64,000 nucleotides of DNA, from assembly GCA_965217775.1 (NCBI GenBank), contig CBDCJH010000002.1:2112001-2176000 (forward strand), read 5' to 3'. The DNA is from Acidobacteriota bacterium. Lineage in GTDB: Bacteria > Acidobacteriota > UBA6911 > RPQK01 > JAJDTT01. The notes under the pieces were generated by a model. The model made no database searches, was not told the origin of the DNA, and worked only from the letters and a program-made list of their open reading frames with translations. Position numbers and translations under genes: made by a program. Numbering within the stretch: the stretch's first letter is position 1; every line of letters begins with the position of its first letter. Below are positions 38,302 through 48,661 of the stretch, one piece after another.

Positions 38302-39549
38302 ATGCAGTCAGGCGACGCCAGAGCAGGCACTCCGCGACTCGGTCTGGTGTTCGGCCTCGCGCTGGCCAACTACCTGTCCCACGCGCTCATCCGCTACAGC
38401 ACGCCATTGTATTTCAGCGCCCTCGACTATCCGAAAGACGCTTACGAAACCTTCAGCTTCTACTGGCTGGTCGCCTTCATCGCAGGCTCCACCTTCTCGG
38501 GTCTGCTGGCGTCCCGATTCGACGAGCGGAACGTCTGGTCCAGCGGCGTCGCCGGGTTTGCCGGGCTGGGTCTGCTGCTGATCTTCATCCCCGGTTACTG
38601 GATGGTTCCTTTTGCGGGGCTGCTCTACGGGATCACGGCCGCCGCACAATGGGTCGGAGCCATGGCCTTCGTCCAGACCGCGGCTCCCGGCAAGCGGGGA
38701 TGGGCCAACGCCCTGCTGATGATCGCGCTCGGTGGGGGCAGCTTCGTGGGAGCTCCCCTGGGAGCGGCGATTCTGAACTGGACCTCCAGCGGGGATCCCA
38801 CTCCCGGCGACTTCTTTCCCATGCTTTGGTTTCACACCGCCCTCTGCCTTGCGGGGGCCCTGCTGATCCGGATCGTGGCGAGACATCCGGGGACGGTCCG
38901 GCGCCAGCGCGTGGAGGAGAACTGGAAGACCAACTTCTCGCTGTTGCGGATGCCCCGTTACCTGGCCATGGTCATCCCGCTGAGCCTGATGGGAGGCCCG
39001 GTCTTCCAGACCGTCAACATCTATCTGCCGTACCGCGCCGAAGCTCCGGAGATCGCGCTGAAGGTGGGCGCCGTAGACCAGGGATGGTCCATGCTCCTCA
39101 CCACCGGGTACGGGATGCAGTTCCTGGGCGGCCTTTTCATCATGCTCATCGCCGGGAAGAGGGCCGGCGCCCTCATGGCCGCGGCGGTGCTGGGAGGTTA
39201 CGCCGTCTGTAGTCTGGGCATCGGACTGTCGGACTATGTCTATGGCGTGGTGATTTTCACGGCCTTGTTCGAGTTTCTGAGGCAACTCATGCGCTGGTCC
39301 CAGACCGGCTACATCACCGAGCACATGCCCCTCGAGCTACGGGGTCCCGCCATCGGATTCTCCACCACTTTGAGCGGTCTCAGCTCCACACTGTTCGCCA
39401 CCGTGATGAGAAACTTGCAGTCGCCGGACAGTCCCGATTTCTCCTCTTCCCTCCCCTTCGTCGTGGGAGGGTCCATCGGACTGACCGGGGCGGTGCTGCT
39501 CTTGATTGCCCACTACACCATATTGAATTCAAAGGAGAACCATCGCTGA
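38302..39549 (+). CDS. MFS transporter
   Basis: About 12 hydrophobic helices; GLLASRFDER loop. Confidence 0.8.
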   Translation: MQSGDARAGTPRLGLVFGLALANYLSHALIRYSTPLYFSALDYPKDAYETFSFYWLVAFIAGSTFSGLLASRFDERNVWSSGVAGFAGLGLLLIFIPGYWMVPFAGLLYGITAAAQWVGAMAFVQTAAPGKRGWANALLMIALGGGSFVGAPLGAAILNWTSSGDPTPGDFFPMLWFHTALCLAGALLIRIVARHPGTVRRQRVEENWKTNFSLLRMPRYLAMVIPLSLMGGPVFQTVNIYLPYRAEAPEIALKVGAVDQGWSMLLTTGYGMQFLGGLFIMLIAGKRAGALMAAAVLGGYAVCSLGIGLSDYVYGVVIFTALFEFLRQLMRWSQTGYITEHMPLELRGPAIGFSTTLSGLSSTLFATVMRNLQSPDSPDFSSSLPFVVGGSIGLTGAVLLLIAHYTILNSKENHR

Positions 39550-40838
39550 TGTCCATGGCCGACAGCCGCTGGCAACGTATCGCAACTCTTTGCGGACTCT
39601 ACGCCGCCCAGGGGCTCCCCTGGGGATTCATGACCATCGCCCTGATTTCGTACCTCACGGCCAAAGGCATCAACGAGACTCAGGCGGGTGAACTGGCTGC
39701 CATCGTCCTGGTCCCCTGGACCTTCAAGCTGATCTGGGCGCCTCTGATCGACACCGTGACCATCCGCTCCATGGGCCGGCGCCGCCCCTGGATCATCGGG
39801 GCGGAACTGATGATGGGCATCACCCTGCTGGGGCTCCTCCTCATGGGCAACCTGGAGGGAGATCTGAAGTTCCTGGGTTGGATGTTCTTTCTGCACAACT
39901 GCTTCGCCTCGCTGCAGGACGTCTCCACCGACGCCTTGGCGGTGGACATCCTGCCCCGTAGCGAATACGGGCAGGTCAACGGCTTGATGTGGGGCTCCAA
40001 GCTGGTCGGCAAGGGGATCGGCGCGGGTCTCATGGCCGTGGTGATGAACCACTGGGGGATCCCGGCTGCGGTTCTGGTGCAGTTCGCCATCATGCTGGGC
40101 ATCATGCTGATTCCTCTGCTGCTGCTGGAGAGGTCCGGGGAGAAGCGCTTTCCCTGGAGCCGGGGCCAGGCATCCGACGAGGTGAAGGCCCCCAGCGTCC
40201 GCAGTCCCTGGGAGGTGCTGCGGGACATGCGTCGCGGCTTCGCCCTGAGCTCCATGTACATCTTCGCCATTCTCGGAACCATCAAGACCATCGGCTACGG
40301 CGTGACGGAAATCGTTAACAAGACCCTCTACACCCAACGCCTGGGTTGGAGCTCCGTAGACTACTCTGTCGTGTCGGCTTACGCCGTGGTTCCCGAGCTG
40401 TTGGGAGCCATCGGGGCCGGGTTCCTGGCCGACCGCTTCGGCCGCCGCCGCGTCATGGGCGTCAGCCTGGGAGCATCGGCCCTCCTGGCTCTGCTCTTCG
40501 GCGCATTGCCCGAACTCTGGTCCGCCACTTGGTTCACCACGCTCTACCTGGTGCTGGCGCCGGCCCTGTGGGCCGTGGTTGGCGTCAGTTTCCTTTCGTT
40601 CTCCATGCGAATCACCTGGACGCGTTCCGCGGCCACCATCTTCACGACCTACATGACCCTCTCCAACGTGGGTCACGTGATCGGGAACTGGATAGCCGGA
40701 CCGGTCCGCGAGGTCTTCTCCTTTGAGCACTCGTTCATGGTCTCGGGTCTGATGATTTTCGTGCCCATCCTGCTGCTCCCGCTGGTTCGGCCCGCCCAGG
40801 TCGACCGGGCCCGCCGGCTGGACGAGGCGATAGCGTAA
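39549..40838 (+). CDS. AmpG-like MFS transporter
   Basis: LYAAQGLP; PWTFKLIWAPLID; QDVSTDALAVD. Confidence 0.85.
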   Translation: MSMADSRWQRIATLCGLYAAQGLPWGFMTIALISYLTAKGINETQAGELAAIVLVPWTFKLIWAPLIDTVTIRSMGRRRPWIIGAELMMGITLLGLLLMGNLEGDLKFLGWMFFLHNCFASLQDVSTDALAVDILPRSEYGQVNGLMWGSKLVGKGIGAGLMAVVMNHWGIPAAVLVQFAIMLGIMLIPLLLLERSGEKRFPWSRGQASDEVKAPSVRSPWEVLRDMRRGFALSSMYIFAILGTIKTIGYGVTEIVNKTLYTQRLGWSSVDYSVVSAYAVVPELLGAIGAGFLADRFGRRRVMGVSLGASALLALLFGALPELWSATWFTTLYLVLAPALWAVVGVSFLSFSMRITWTRSAATIFTTYMTLSNVGHVIGNWIAGPVREVFSFEHSFMVSGLMIFVPILLLPLVRPAQVDRARRLDEAIA

Positions 40839-41050
40839 ACCGGAGTACGAAAACAGTGAGAAATGGAGACGAACATGGCGCCTGCAAGCGACTCGGGAGC
40901 GTGTATCTCATCTCTTTGTTTAGACGGCCATCTAATCGGTCGCGAGAACGATGAAAGCTGCGATTTTATCGTCCATTTGTTCGAGCTGAATCGATTCGAA
41001 CCCGACTAAATGTGGCCACCTCCATTTCTATCAAGAATTCAGGAGGATGC

Positions 41051-41254
41051 ATGATGCCAAGCATTGCAGAAATTCAGCAGGCGATATTGGAACTTCCCGA
41101 ATCCGATCTCGTTCGATTGAGACATTGGTTCAACGAGTTGGACTGGGCAGAATGGGACCAGGAAATCGAAACGGATTCAGATTTGGGCAAGTTGGATTTT
41201 TTAGTCGCGGAAGCCATGGACGCGAAAGAGCAGGGCAAGCTTGAAGCACTCTAG
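41051..41254 (+). CDS. Putative antitoxin
   Basis: WDQEIETDSDLGKLDFL; small acidic ORF coupled to the downstream toxin. Confidence 0.7.
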   Translation: MMPSIAEIQQAILELPESDLVRLRHWFNELDWAEWDQEIETDSDLGKLDFLVAEAMDAKEQGKLEAL

Positions 41255-41509
41255 ATGCATCGGACAACACCCGGCTTCTGGCGGCATTTCGAACGGCTTC
41301 CTGAACCGATTCAGAAAATTGCGAGCCGGAATTTCGTCCGGCTCAAGGTGAATCCGAGACATCCCTCACTCCGATTCAAGAAGGTCGGCAAATTCTGGTC
41401 TATCCGAGCCGGGCTTGCGTATCGAGCACTTGCCGTTGAAGATGACGATGGCTTCATTTGGGTGTGGATCGGCAACCACAACGACTACGAAAGGCTGATC
41501 GGAACTTAG
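41255..41509 (+). CDS. RelE/ParE-superfamily toxin-like protein
   Basis: FWRHFERLP...HPSLRFKKVGKFWSIR...YRAL...WIGNHNDY. Confidence 0.8.
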   Translation: MHRTTPGFWRHFERLPEPIQKIASRNFVRLKVNPRHPSLRFKKVGKFWSIRAGLAYRALAVEDDDGFIWVWIGNHNDYERLIGT

Positions 41510-41641
41510 CGGGCTGTCCGCCGACCTGCTGACAAGGCTTGTGATATTCGCCGTTGTCATCGAGGAAAGCGATAGAGGCTAATCCTAATTTTCCGCGACT
41601 TGATTTTTTGAGACAGGCTGGGCTCGATCGGGGGAATTGTC

Positions 41642-41878
41642 ATGAAGCACATCGTTGTCATCGAGAAATCTGACAACGATTATTCGGCATATCTGCCGGA
41701 CCTGCCGGGCTGTGTAGCTGCTGGAGACACTCTTGCCGAAACGACAATTCTGATTCGTAAAGGCATCGTCTACCACTTGGAAATGCTCCGGGACAATGGC
41801 GACCCGACTCCCCAACCCCGGGCCATGACCATCCAGGTCACGCTAGAGGAAGCGACACCGGATCTCCGCCGGTCGTAA
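41642..41878 (+). CDS. hicB: HicB family antitoxin (orphan)
   Basis: YSAYLPDLPGCVAAGDT. Confidence 0.8.
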   Translation: MKHIVVIEKSDNDYSAYLPDLPGCVAAGDTLAETTILIRKGIVYHLEMLRDNGDPTPQPRAMTIQVTLEEATPDLRRS

Positions 41879-42038
41879 TCCGGAAGTTGGTGATGCGACG
41901 TTCATCCCACCTGAGACAGGGATCAGAATGGGCGAGACGGTGATGCGTACCTGGAGCGAACTGCAAGCGGAAGTTGGCGGCAGTCAGTACTGGATACAAG
42001 ACTGGAGCAAGACCCGCTGACCCTCATCACGGAGCAAC

Positions 42039-42296
42039 ATGGCACGAACCAGCAAGACGATCAGGTTCTCGCTTCCGCTTGAGTTGGCGGACAGGGTGGA
42101 CGAAATCTTGAAACAGGAGGAATGCACCAGGAGTGCACTTCTACGAACGGCATTGATCCGGCACATCGAAGAGTGTGAGTGGAGACAATTATTCAAGTAT
42201 GGAGAACGCCGGACGAAGGATACGGCCATCGGACCTGAGGATGTGGGGATCCTGGTCGAGGAGTTTCGAGCCGAAACTGACGCTTTTCGCTCATGA
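42039..42296 (+). CDS. CopG/RHH antitoxin
   Basis: KTIRFSLPLELADRVDEI...RSALLRTAL. Confidence 0.75.
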   Translation: MARTSKTIRFSLPLELADRVDEILKQEECTRSALLRTALIRHIEECEWRQLFKYGERRTKDTAIGPEDVGILVEEFRAETDAFRS

Positions 42297-42442
42297 GGAT
42301 CCTTCTTGACACCAACGGCATCGTCTCTTTCCCTATCCTCCCTGGAAACGGGTGTCCAGCTCTTGAACTGACCCGCCGAGGCCGTTATACACCGTACTTC
42401 TCCCCGTCTGTGCTCCGTGAACATATTACGGAGAACAAGTAA
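42293..42442 (+). pseudogene. Truncated PIN toxin
   Basis: ATGA overlap with the antitoxin; MRILLDTN start; stops after 49 codons. Confidence 0.65.
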
Positions 42443-42540
42443 TCCCTCGGAGTGAACGTAGGCCGTACCGGCTTCCACGATCCGTTCCCTGGTGACCCGG
42501 TCCCGCGACCTGATCTACCCGCGCCTCCCGATCGAGTAGA

Positions 42541-43278
42541 ATGACGCGCATGCACACTCGGAAACCGCAACATCGGATCGACGTCCTGGAGCATGGCCGG
42601 GACCGGGACGGGAACGAACATTCGACCGACCGGAGGCTGTTTATGCAGCTTCACGTCTTCAGCGGCTGCCGCGACACCGGGCCGCTGATCCAACAGCTCA
42701 AGGCCAGCGGCCTGAAGCCGGCTGTTCTTTATCTGGATCTGAATCATCCGCGAGGAGTCGGACTCCTGACCATGTCCGAGGATCCGGCCGACTTCGTCAC
42801 GCTGGTGCGCCCGTTCCTGAATGGGGGCCCCTTCGGCGCCCTTACGCTGCGGCCCGAGTTCACCATGCTGGGAAGGAGCTACGCCAGCGGTTACGAGCCC
42901 GACGTCGAGGACTGGCTCATCGGGCGTCCCCAGCGTACGGCCCTGAATCCGGAATGGCCCTGGGCCGTCTGGTACCCCCTGCGCCGCACCGGGGCCTTCA
43001 ATGCCCAGCCACAGAACGTGCAGCAGAGCATCCTGAGGGAACACGGCGGCGTCGGCCGGCTCTACGGACAGCAGGATCTGGCCCACGACATCCGGCTGGC
43101 CTGCCACGGAATCGACACCAACGACAACGAGTTCGTCATCGGCCTGGTGGGTAAGGAACTGCATCCGCTCTCCCATCTGGTCCAGCGAATGCGCAGGACC
43201 CGGCAGACCTCCGAGTTCATGCAGCAGATGGGTCCGTTCTTCGTGGGACGGACTCTGTGGCAGAGCCCGAGGGTCTAA
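42541..43278 (+). CDS. Chlorite dismutase/coproheme decarboxylase family protein
   Basis: WYPLRR...LREHG...DIRLACHGID.NDNEF...MR..QTS...GPFFVG. Confidence 0.85.
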   Translation: MTRMHTRKPQHRIDVLEHGRDRDGNEHSTDRRLFMQLHVFSGCRDTGPLIQQLKASGLKPAVLYLDLNHPRGVGLLTMSEDPADFVTLVRPFLNGGPFGALTLRPEFTMLGRSYASGYEPDVEDWLIGRPQRTALNPEWPWAVWYPLRRTGAFNAQPQNVQQSILREHGGVGRLYGQQDLAHDIRLACHGIDTNDNEFVIGLVGKELHPLSHLVQRMRRTRQTSEFMQQMGPFFVGRTLWQSPRV

Positions 43279-43417
43279 CAGCAGCAGCAGCCGCGACCAC
43301 ACTCCGGTTCGCCAGTTCGCAGAAACAGGAAAGGCGATTTGGGAGGCGTGGCTATGCGATCCGGCGAATTCCGTATATTGGTGCGTCGTTTGTTGGTTGG
43401 GAGTGTGGCGACAAGAA

Positions 43418-45334
43418 GTCACGGTAGGAACGGCAGTTTCCTGCCGCCCCCCGCACAGATCCGGACGTGCCCGTTAAGGCATCCGGCTCCTACCTTGGGT
43501 GTGGACGGCCAGCGGAACCGCTGCCCCGGCCACGGGTGACGGATCTTCACGGATGGCCAGAGCAATTCCGTCATCCGTCGCAACCGTCCCCAGCTGAAGC
43601 GGTCGCGTTGGGACCGGCGGCGCAAGGCTCGCAGCCACCGCCGTTGCAGCAGATAGCAGAAACCTCGCAGCCAGCGCGTACTCCCCGGAACCGCAAAATA
43701 GTTCAGCCAGCCGTTCAGGACCCGGCTCAACCATTTCCCGACCTCCCAGTGATCCGCGTGCCGTTGTCTCCACAGCCTCTCCCCCACCCGTCGCAGGGTC
43801 CGGTTCATCCGTTTCGCGCTTGGCTTCCGCCCCAGCCGGAAGCGTCCCTTCCGGGTCTTCGCACAGTAGTGCGTGAACCCCAGAAAGTCGAACGTCTCCG
43901 GTTTCCGCTCCCCGCGTCGTCGCCGATCCGCTGCCGCAAATCGTCCGAACTCCACCAGTCGCGTCTTTTCCGGGTGCAGTTCCAGCCCGAACTCGGCGCA
44001 CCGTTCCCCCAGGTCTCGGAGAAACCGTTTCGCGTCCGCCCGTCTCTGGAATCCGGCCACGAAGTCGTCCGCATATCGCACCAGGATCGCTTCGCCTTTC
44101 GGGACTCGTGGGCGCCACGTCCGATGGAACCATTGGTCCAGCACGTAGTGCAGGTACACGTTGGCCATGACCGGCGAGACGTTGGCGCCCTGAGGCGTCC
44201 CTCTCCCCGTGTCCGACCAGGTCCCTTCTTCCATCACGCCGGCGTTCAGCCACTTGCGCAGCAGCCGCAGCACCCGCCGGTCTCCGATCCGCCGTTCCAC
44301 GAACTGCATCAGGCAGTCCCGGTCGATCGCATCAAAGAACGTCCGAATGTCCGCGTCCACGATCCCATTGACTTTCCGCCGTTCGATCCCGTAGGCCAGT
44401 GCATCCAGCGCGTCATGCGCCTTCCGTCCGGGCCGGAACCCGTAGCTGAGCCCGAGAAACTCCGCCTCGTAAATCGGCGCCAGGAGCTCGTCCACGACTG
44501 CCTTCTGGAGGATCTTGTCCTCCAGCGCGGCCACGCCGAGCGGTCGTGTCCTTCCATCCGGCTTGGGGATGTTCACCCGCCGGACGGGAGGCGCTCGGTA
44601 CGCGCCCCGGTGCACGCGGCGATGCAGGTCCAGCAGTCGCTCTTCCAGCTTCGCCCCGTACTCCTCCCACCGGACCCCGTCGATTCCCGGGGCAGCGTCC
44701 TTTCTCAGTCCGAGATAGGCGCGGCGCAGGGCCTCCACAGTGATATGGTGCAGCAGCGCGGTCAGTCGCTCCTTGGGGTTTCTCGCGATCGCTCGCCGTA
44801 TCCGGTCCACCGCTTGGGACACGCTCCCCCGACTCTGCGTCCGGCGCGTGCTTTGGCTCACCGAATTCCCCTTGGTTCCATCCCTTCGCTCCACCGGCTC
44901 CGCCGAGGGTCGCCCCTCTTTGTTCGCCCGCTTCATCGCTACTATGGATGAATCCGATTGCTTCGTTCCGTCCATCATGAGTTTCGGGTTACTCCTTTCT
45001 CATGCGACCCCGGGGCGACCCCCCGGGGTGAAATGAAGCCCTCCCAGGTCCCGGAACAAGATTTGCGTACGTGCCTGGGTTCTTTGACACCGCGGAGCCC
45101 GGCCGTCCCTCACCTGGGCGGTCCAGCCGGTGTTGCCTTCGACCGCGACTACAGCCTCGGCACTTCCGATCATGGAGCTTTCGATGCTCAATAGCCTGCC
45201 CATACGCACCGCTACCGACGCTTCGCCGACACCCTCACGGGTGCCAACGCACGGCTCGCGGAGAAACGTGGATGGTTAGTCCTTCGTTTCGGCGGACTTC
45301 CACCGCCTATCTTGTGCCAGTTAGCCTGGCGCAC
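43418..45334 (-). mobile_element. Group II intron, complete
   Basis: 5' GTGCG at 45334; domain V GAGCCGGATGCCTTAACGGGCACGTCCGGATC; domain VI ending CTACCGTGAC at 43418; internal RT ORF. Confidence 0.93.
43419..44978 (-). CDS. ltrA: Group II intron reverse transcriptase/maturase (no endonuclease domain)
   Basis: APGIDG; IPKPDGRTRPLG; SYGFRPGR; GTPQG; RYADD; FDFLGF; GWLNYF. Confidence 0.96.
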   Translation of the reverse strand: MMDGTKQSDSSIVAMKRANKEGRPSAEPVERRDGTKGNSVSQSTRRTQSRGSVSQAVDRIRRAIARNPKERLTALLHHITVEALRRAYLGLRKDAAPGIDGVRWEEYGAKLEERLLDLHRRVHRGAYRAPPVRRVNIPKPDGRTRPLGVAALEDKILQKAVVDELLAPIYEAEFLGLSYGFRPGRKAHDALDALAYGIERRKVNGIVDADIRTFFDAIDRDCLMQFVERRIGDRRVLRLLRKWLNAGVMEEGTWSDTGRGTPQGANVSPVMANVYLHYVLDQWFHRTWRPRVPKGEAILVRYADDFVAGFQRRADAKRFLRDLGERCAEFGLELHPEKTRLVEFGRFAAADRRRRGERKPETFDFLGFTHYCAKTRKGRFRLGRKPSAKRMNRTLRRVGERLWRQRHADHWEVGKWLSRVLNGWLNYFAVPGSTRWLRGFCYLLQRRWLRALRRRSQRDRFSWGRLRRMTELLWPSVKIRHPWPGQRFRWPSTPKVGAGCLNGHVRICAGGGRKLPFLP

Positions 45335-45414
45335 AGTCGCCGCTCCCAATCGGCGGCAAGAAAGCCGCCGCTCCCATTGGCATTTGTTATGCTGACCGAA
45401 GAAGGAGGAGACCC

Positions 45415-46023
45415 ATGAGTTTCTTCAACCGGTACTTCTTCGTTGGTCTGGCTGCAGGCGTGGGACTCACGATCGCCCTGATCTTTGCCGTCGGCCTCCT
45501 GTTCATGCTCCAGTCCAGGCCGCCGATGGGCGGGATGGGCGACCTGGGCGGTGGCCTTCCCCCGCCGCCATTTCCCCAACAGGAATCGCTTGCCGACGTG
45601 GAGTGGAGCCTCCAGAGTCTGGACGGGGAGGAGACTTCTCTGTCCGCATTCGAGGGGAAGGTGCTTTTCGTCAATCTCTGGGCTACGTGGTGCGGCCCGT
45701 GCATCGTCGAAATGCCCAGCATTCAGCGGCTCTACGAACAGTTTCCCCAAGAGGACATGGCGTTCCTGCTGGTCTCCGACGAGCGGCCGGACGTGGTCGA
45801 GACGTTCGTCCAGGAGAAGGGGTGGGAACTGCCCTGGTACGTCTCGGACGACGAGAAGCCCTCCGCCTTCGAGAGCCGGGGGATCCCGGCGACCTTCATA
45901 CTCGACCGGATGGGCCGGATCGTGTTCCGGCACGTGGGGAGCGCCCGCTGGGACGATGAATCGTCCGTCCGCTTCTTGAACGAACTGCTGGAGAAGGGGG
46001 TCATGGAAGGAGACAGCACATGA
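45415..46023 (+). CDS. TlpA-family thiol:disulfide oxidoreductase
   Basis: N-terminal TM helix; NLWATWCGPC; GIPATF. Confidence 0.92.
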   Translation: MSFFNRYFFVGLAAGVGLTIALIFAVGLLFMLQSRPPMGGMGDLGGGLPPPPFPQQESLADVEWSLQSLDGEETSLSAFEGKVLFVNLWATWCGPCIVEMPSIQRLYEQFPQEDMAFLLVSDERPDVVETFVQEKGWELPWYVSDDEKPSAFESRGIPATFILDRMGRIVFRHVGSARWDDESSVRFLNELLEKGVMEGDST

Positions 46024-47033
46024 GCGCGGAACGACAGGGACTGCGCGTCCTGGTCACAGACTATGCCTGGCCGACCCTCGACCCGGAGCAGGAGATCCTG
46101 GGGCGGATCGGAGCCTCCCTGATGGTGGCTTCCACCGGCGAGGAGGACGAGCTGGTGGAGATGGCGCCCCAAGCCGACGCTATCCTGACCTGCTGGAAGG
46201 CGGTGTCGACGCGGACGATCCGGGAGGCCCCGCGCTGTCAGATCATCTCCCGCTACGGGATCGGCCTGGACAACATCGACATCCCGTTCGCCACCGAACA
46301 GGGCGTCATCGTGGCCAACGTTCCCGCCTACTGCCTGGAAGAGGTCACCGACCAGGCCCTGGCGCTGCTTCTGGCCTCGGCCCGCAAGGTGGTCCTCTTC
46401 GACCGGGAGGCCAAGGCTGGCCGTTACGGAATGGCGCCGGGCCGGCCCATCTTCCGGATTCGGGGACGGACTCTGGGCATCGTGGGATTCGGAAAGATCG
46501 GCCGCACCCTGGGACGCAAGGCCCGGGCTTTCGGTCTCAAGGTCGCCGCCTTCGACCCCTACCTGGACGACTCGTCCGTGCGGGAGAATGGCGCGGAGCC
46601 GATGGATCTGGATCGTCTGATGGAGGTCAGCGACTACATCTCCATCCACGTCCCGCTCAACGATGAGACTCACCACCTCTTCAACCGTGCCGCCTTTCGG
46701 CGGATGCGTCCCGAGGCCTTCCTCATCAACACTTCCAGGGGAGCCGTGGTGGACACGGCCGCGCTGGTGGAGGCGCTCGATGCGGGCGAGATCGCGGGCG
46801 CGGGACTGGACGTGCTTCCCCAGGAGCCGCCGGACCCGGACGATCCGGTGGTCCTCCACCCCAAGATCATCATCACTCCCCACGCCTCCTTCTACTCGCA
46901 GGAGTCGCTCCTGGAGTTGCAAACCACGGCGGCTCAGCAGGTTGCCGACGCCCTGTCGGGCAAGGTCCCGGAATGGGTCGTGAATCCCGACGTCCTTGGC
47001 CGGCCTAATCTCAGATCCTCCATCGCCTCGTAG
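46020..47033 (+). CDS. 2-hydroxyacid dehydrogenase (CtBP-like)
   Basis: GIGLDNID; NVPAYC.EEV; GFGKIG; NTSRG; TPH. Confidence 0.92.
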   Translation: MSAERQGLRVLVTDYAWPTLDPEQEILGRIGASLMVASTGEEDELVEMAPQADAILTCWKAVSTRTIREAPRCQIISRYGIGLDNIDIPFATEQGVIVANVPAYCLEEVTDQALALLLASARKVVLFDREAKAGRYGMAPGRPIFRIRGRTLGIVGFGKIGRTLGRKARAFGLKVAAFDPYLDDSSVRENGAEPMDLDRLMEVSDYISIHVPLNDETHHLFNRAAFRRMRPEAFLINTSRGAVVDTAALVEALDAGEIAGAGLDVLPQEPPDPDDPVVLHPKIIITPHASFYSQESLLELQTTAAQQVADALSGKVPEWVVNPDVLGRPNLRSSIAS

Positions 47034-47232
47034 CCCGCAGGTCTCCCTCGTAGGCACGGGGATCACCCTGGAATTTCTCTTTTGGCGCGTGCTCTCTATT
47101 GAAACAGGAGCACGCGCGCGAACAGTCGGCGCGGGCGAGCCCGGCGCCGCCAGGGCCTGAGAAACTTCAATACAATGAATAGACAAGCTCCCCCACCGGC
47201 CCGGTCCGGCGGACGCCCGGTAGAAAAAGGAT

Positions 47233-47306
47233 GGGAGCGGCGGTTTCCAACCGCCGAACTCCGGTGGAGCATGGAGAAATGGGCGACTGGAAGTCGCCCC
47301 TCCTTT
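47233..47306. repeat. REP-like palindromes
   Basis: CGGCGGTTTCCAACCGCCG and GGGCGACTGGAAGTCGCCC. Confidence 0.65.
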
Positions 47307-47398
47307 TTCTAAGAAGTGCCTGAGGACGAAAACATGCTCCTCGAAGGCTCAGTAACCCGGTGATAAGTACGGTCTAGAACAGGAGGCATCCGAGCACC

Positions 47399-48661
47399 AT
47401 GGAAAGAACCATCTGGGACGTGGCGCGCCAGCAATTTTTCGAAGCGGCCGAGCTGACCGATCTGGACGACGATCTCAAGGAGATCCTGAGCCAGTGCAAC
47501 CGCGACCTGACCGTCCGGTTTCCGGTCTGCATGGACGACGGATCCATCCGGGTCTTCGAAGGCTACCGGGTCCAACACAATCTGGCCCGTGGACCCACCA
47601 AGGGTGGAATTCGGTTCTCACCCGAGGTGACCCTCGACGAGGTGAGGGCCCTGGCCATGTGGATGACGTGGAAGACGGCCGTGGTGCGGATTCCGTACGG
47701 CGGGGCCAAGGGCGGGGTCATCTGCGACCCGCATAGCATGAGCCTGGGTGAATTGGAGAACCTGACCCGCCGGTACGCCACCGAGATCTCCATCATCGTG
47801 GGACGGGAGAAGGACATTCCGGCTCCCGACATCAACACCAATCCCCAGATCATGGCCTGGATCATGGACACGCTGTCCATGCGAAGCGGTTTTTCGGACA
47901 CGGGCGTGGTCACGGGCAAACCCATCGAGATCGGCGGTTCTCTGGGGCGTCTGGACGCCACCTCGCGGGGATGCCTCTACGTCGCCGAGGAAGTCCTCAA
48001 GGAGCGAGGGGAGACGTTGGAGGGCAAGACCATTGCCATCCAGGGCTTCGGAAATGCCGGCAGCTTCGCCGCCGCTCTCTTCGCCCGGGCCGGCGCCCGC
48101 GTGGTGGCTGCCTGCGACTCCCGCGGAGGCGTCTACAACTCGGCCGGGCTGGACCCGGACCGGTTGATCCGGCTCAAGCAGGAAGATACGACGGTGGCCG
48201 AATATCCGGACGGGGATCGGGTGGATCCGAAGCAACTCCTGGAACAGCCCTGCGACATCCTGATTCCGGCGGCCGTCGAGGACCAGATCACCGAGGCCAA
48301 CGCCGATCGGATTCAGGCCCGCATCGTGGTGGAAGCCGCCAACGGCCCCACCACTCCCGAGGCGGACCAGATCCTGAACGAACGGGGGGTGACGGTGCTC
48401 CCCGACGTTCTGGCCAACGCCGGCGGCGTGACGGTGTCGTACTTCGAATGGGTGCAGGACCTGGGATCCTTCTTCTGGGACGAGGAACGGGTCTACCGGG
48501 AGTTGAAGCGGGTCATGACGGCCGCGTACCGCGACGTGTCGGCCGAGTTGGAGCGGCTCCAGCGTCTCCACGGCCCGCAGATCAACCATCGCCAGGCCGC
48601 CTACGTCCTGGCCATTCAGAGGGTCGCCCGGGCCACCCAGCTTCGGGGCATCTATCCGTGA
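47399..48661 (+). CDS. gdhA: Glu/Leu/Phe/Val dehydrogenase (glutamate dehydrogenase)
   Basis: GPTKGGIRF; MTWK; GGAKGG; DIPAPD; QGFGNAG; EAANGP; ANAGGV.VSYFEW. Confidence 0.9.
   Translation: MERTIWDVARQQFFEAAELTDLDDDLKEILSQCNRDLTVRFPVCMDDGSIRVFEGYRVQHNLARGPTKGGIRFSPEVTLDEVRALAMWMTWKTAVVRIPYGGAKGGVICDPHSMSLGELENLTRRYATEISIIVGREKDIPAPDINTNPQIMAWIMDTLSMRSGFSDTGVVTGKPIEIGGSLGRLDATSRGCLYVAEEVLKERGETLEGKTIAIQGFGNAGSFAAALFARAGARVVAACDSRGGVYNSAGLDPDRLIRLKQEDTTVAEYPDGDRVDPKQLLEQPCDILIPAAVEDQITEANADRIQARIVVEAANGPTTPEADQILNERGVTVLPDVLANAGGVTVSYFEWVQDLGSFFWDEERVYRELKRVMTAAYRDVSAELERLQRLHGPQINHRQAAYVLAIQRVARATQLRGIYP

Noticed and set aside
43419-44978. Intron RT as the enzyme building the cassette array, or as a DGR
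   Set aside because: It is a canonical group II IEP inside a complete intron 30 kb away, and no TR/VR pair with adenine-specific mismatches was seen.
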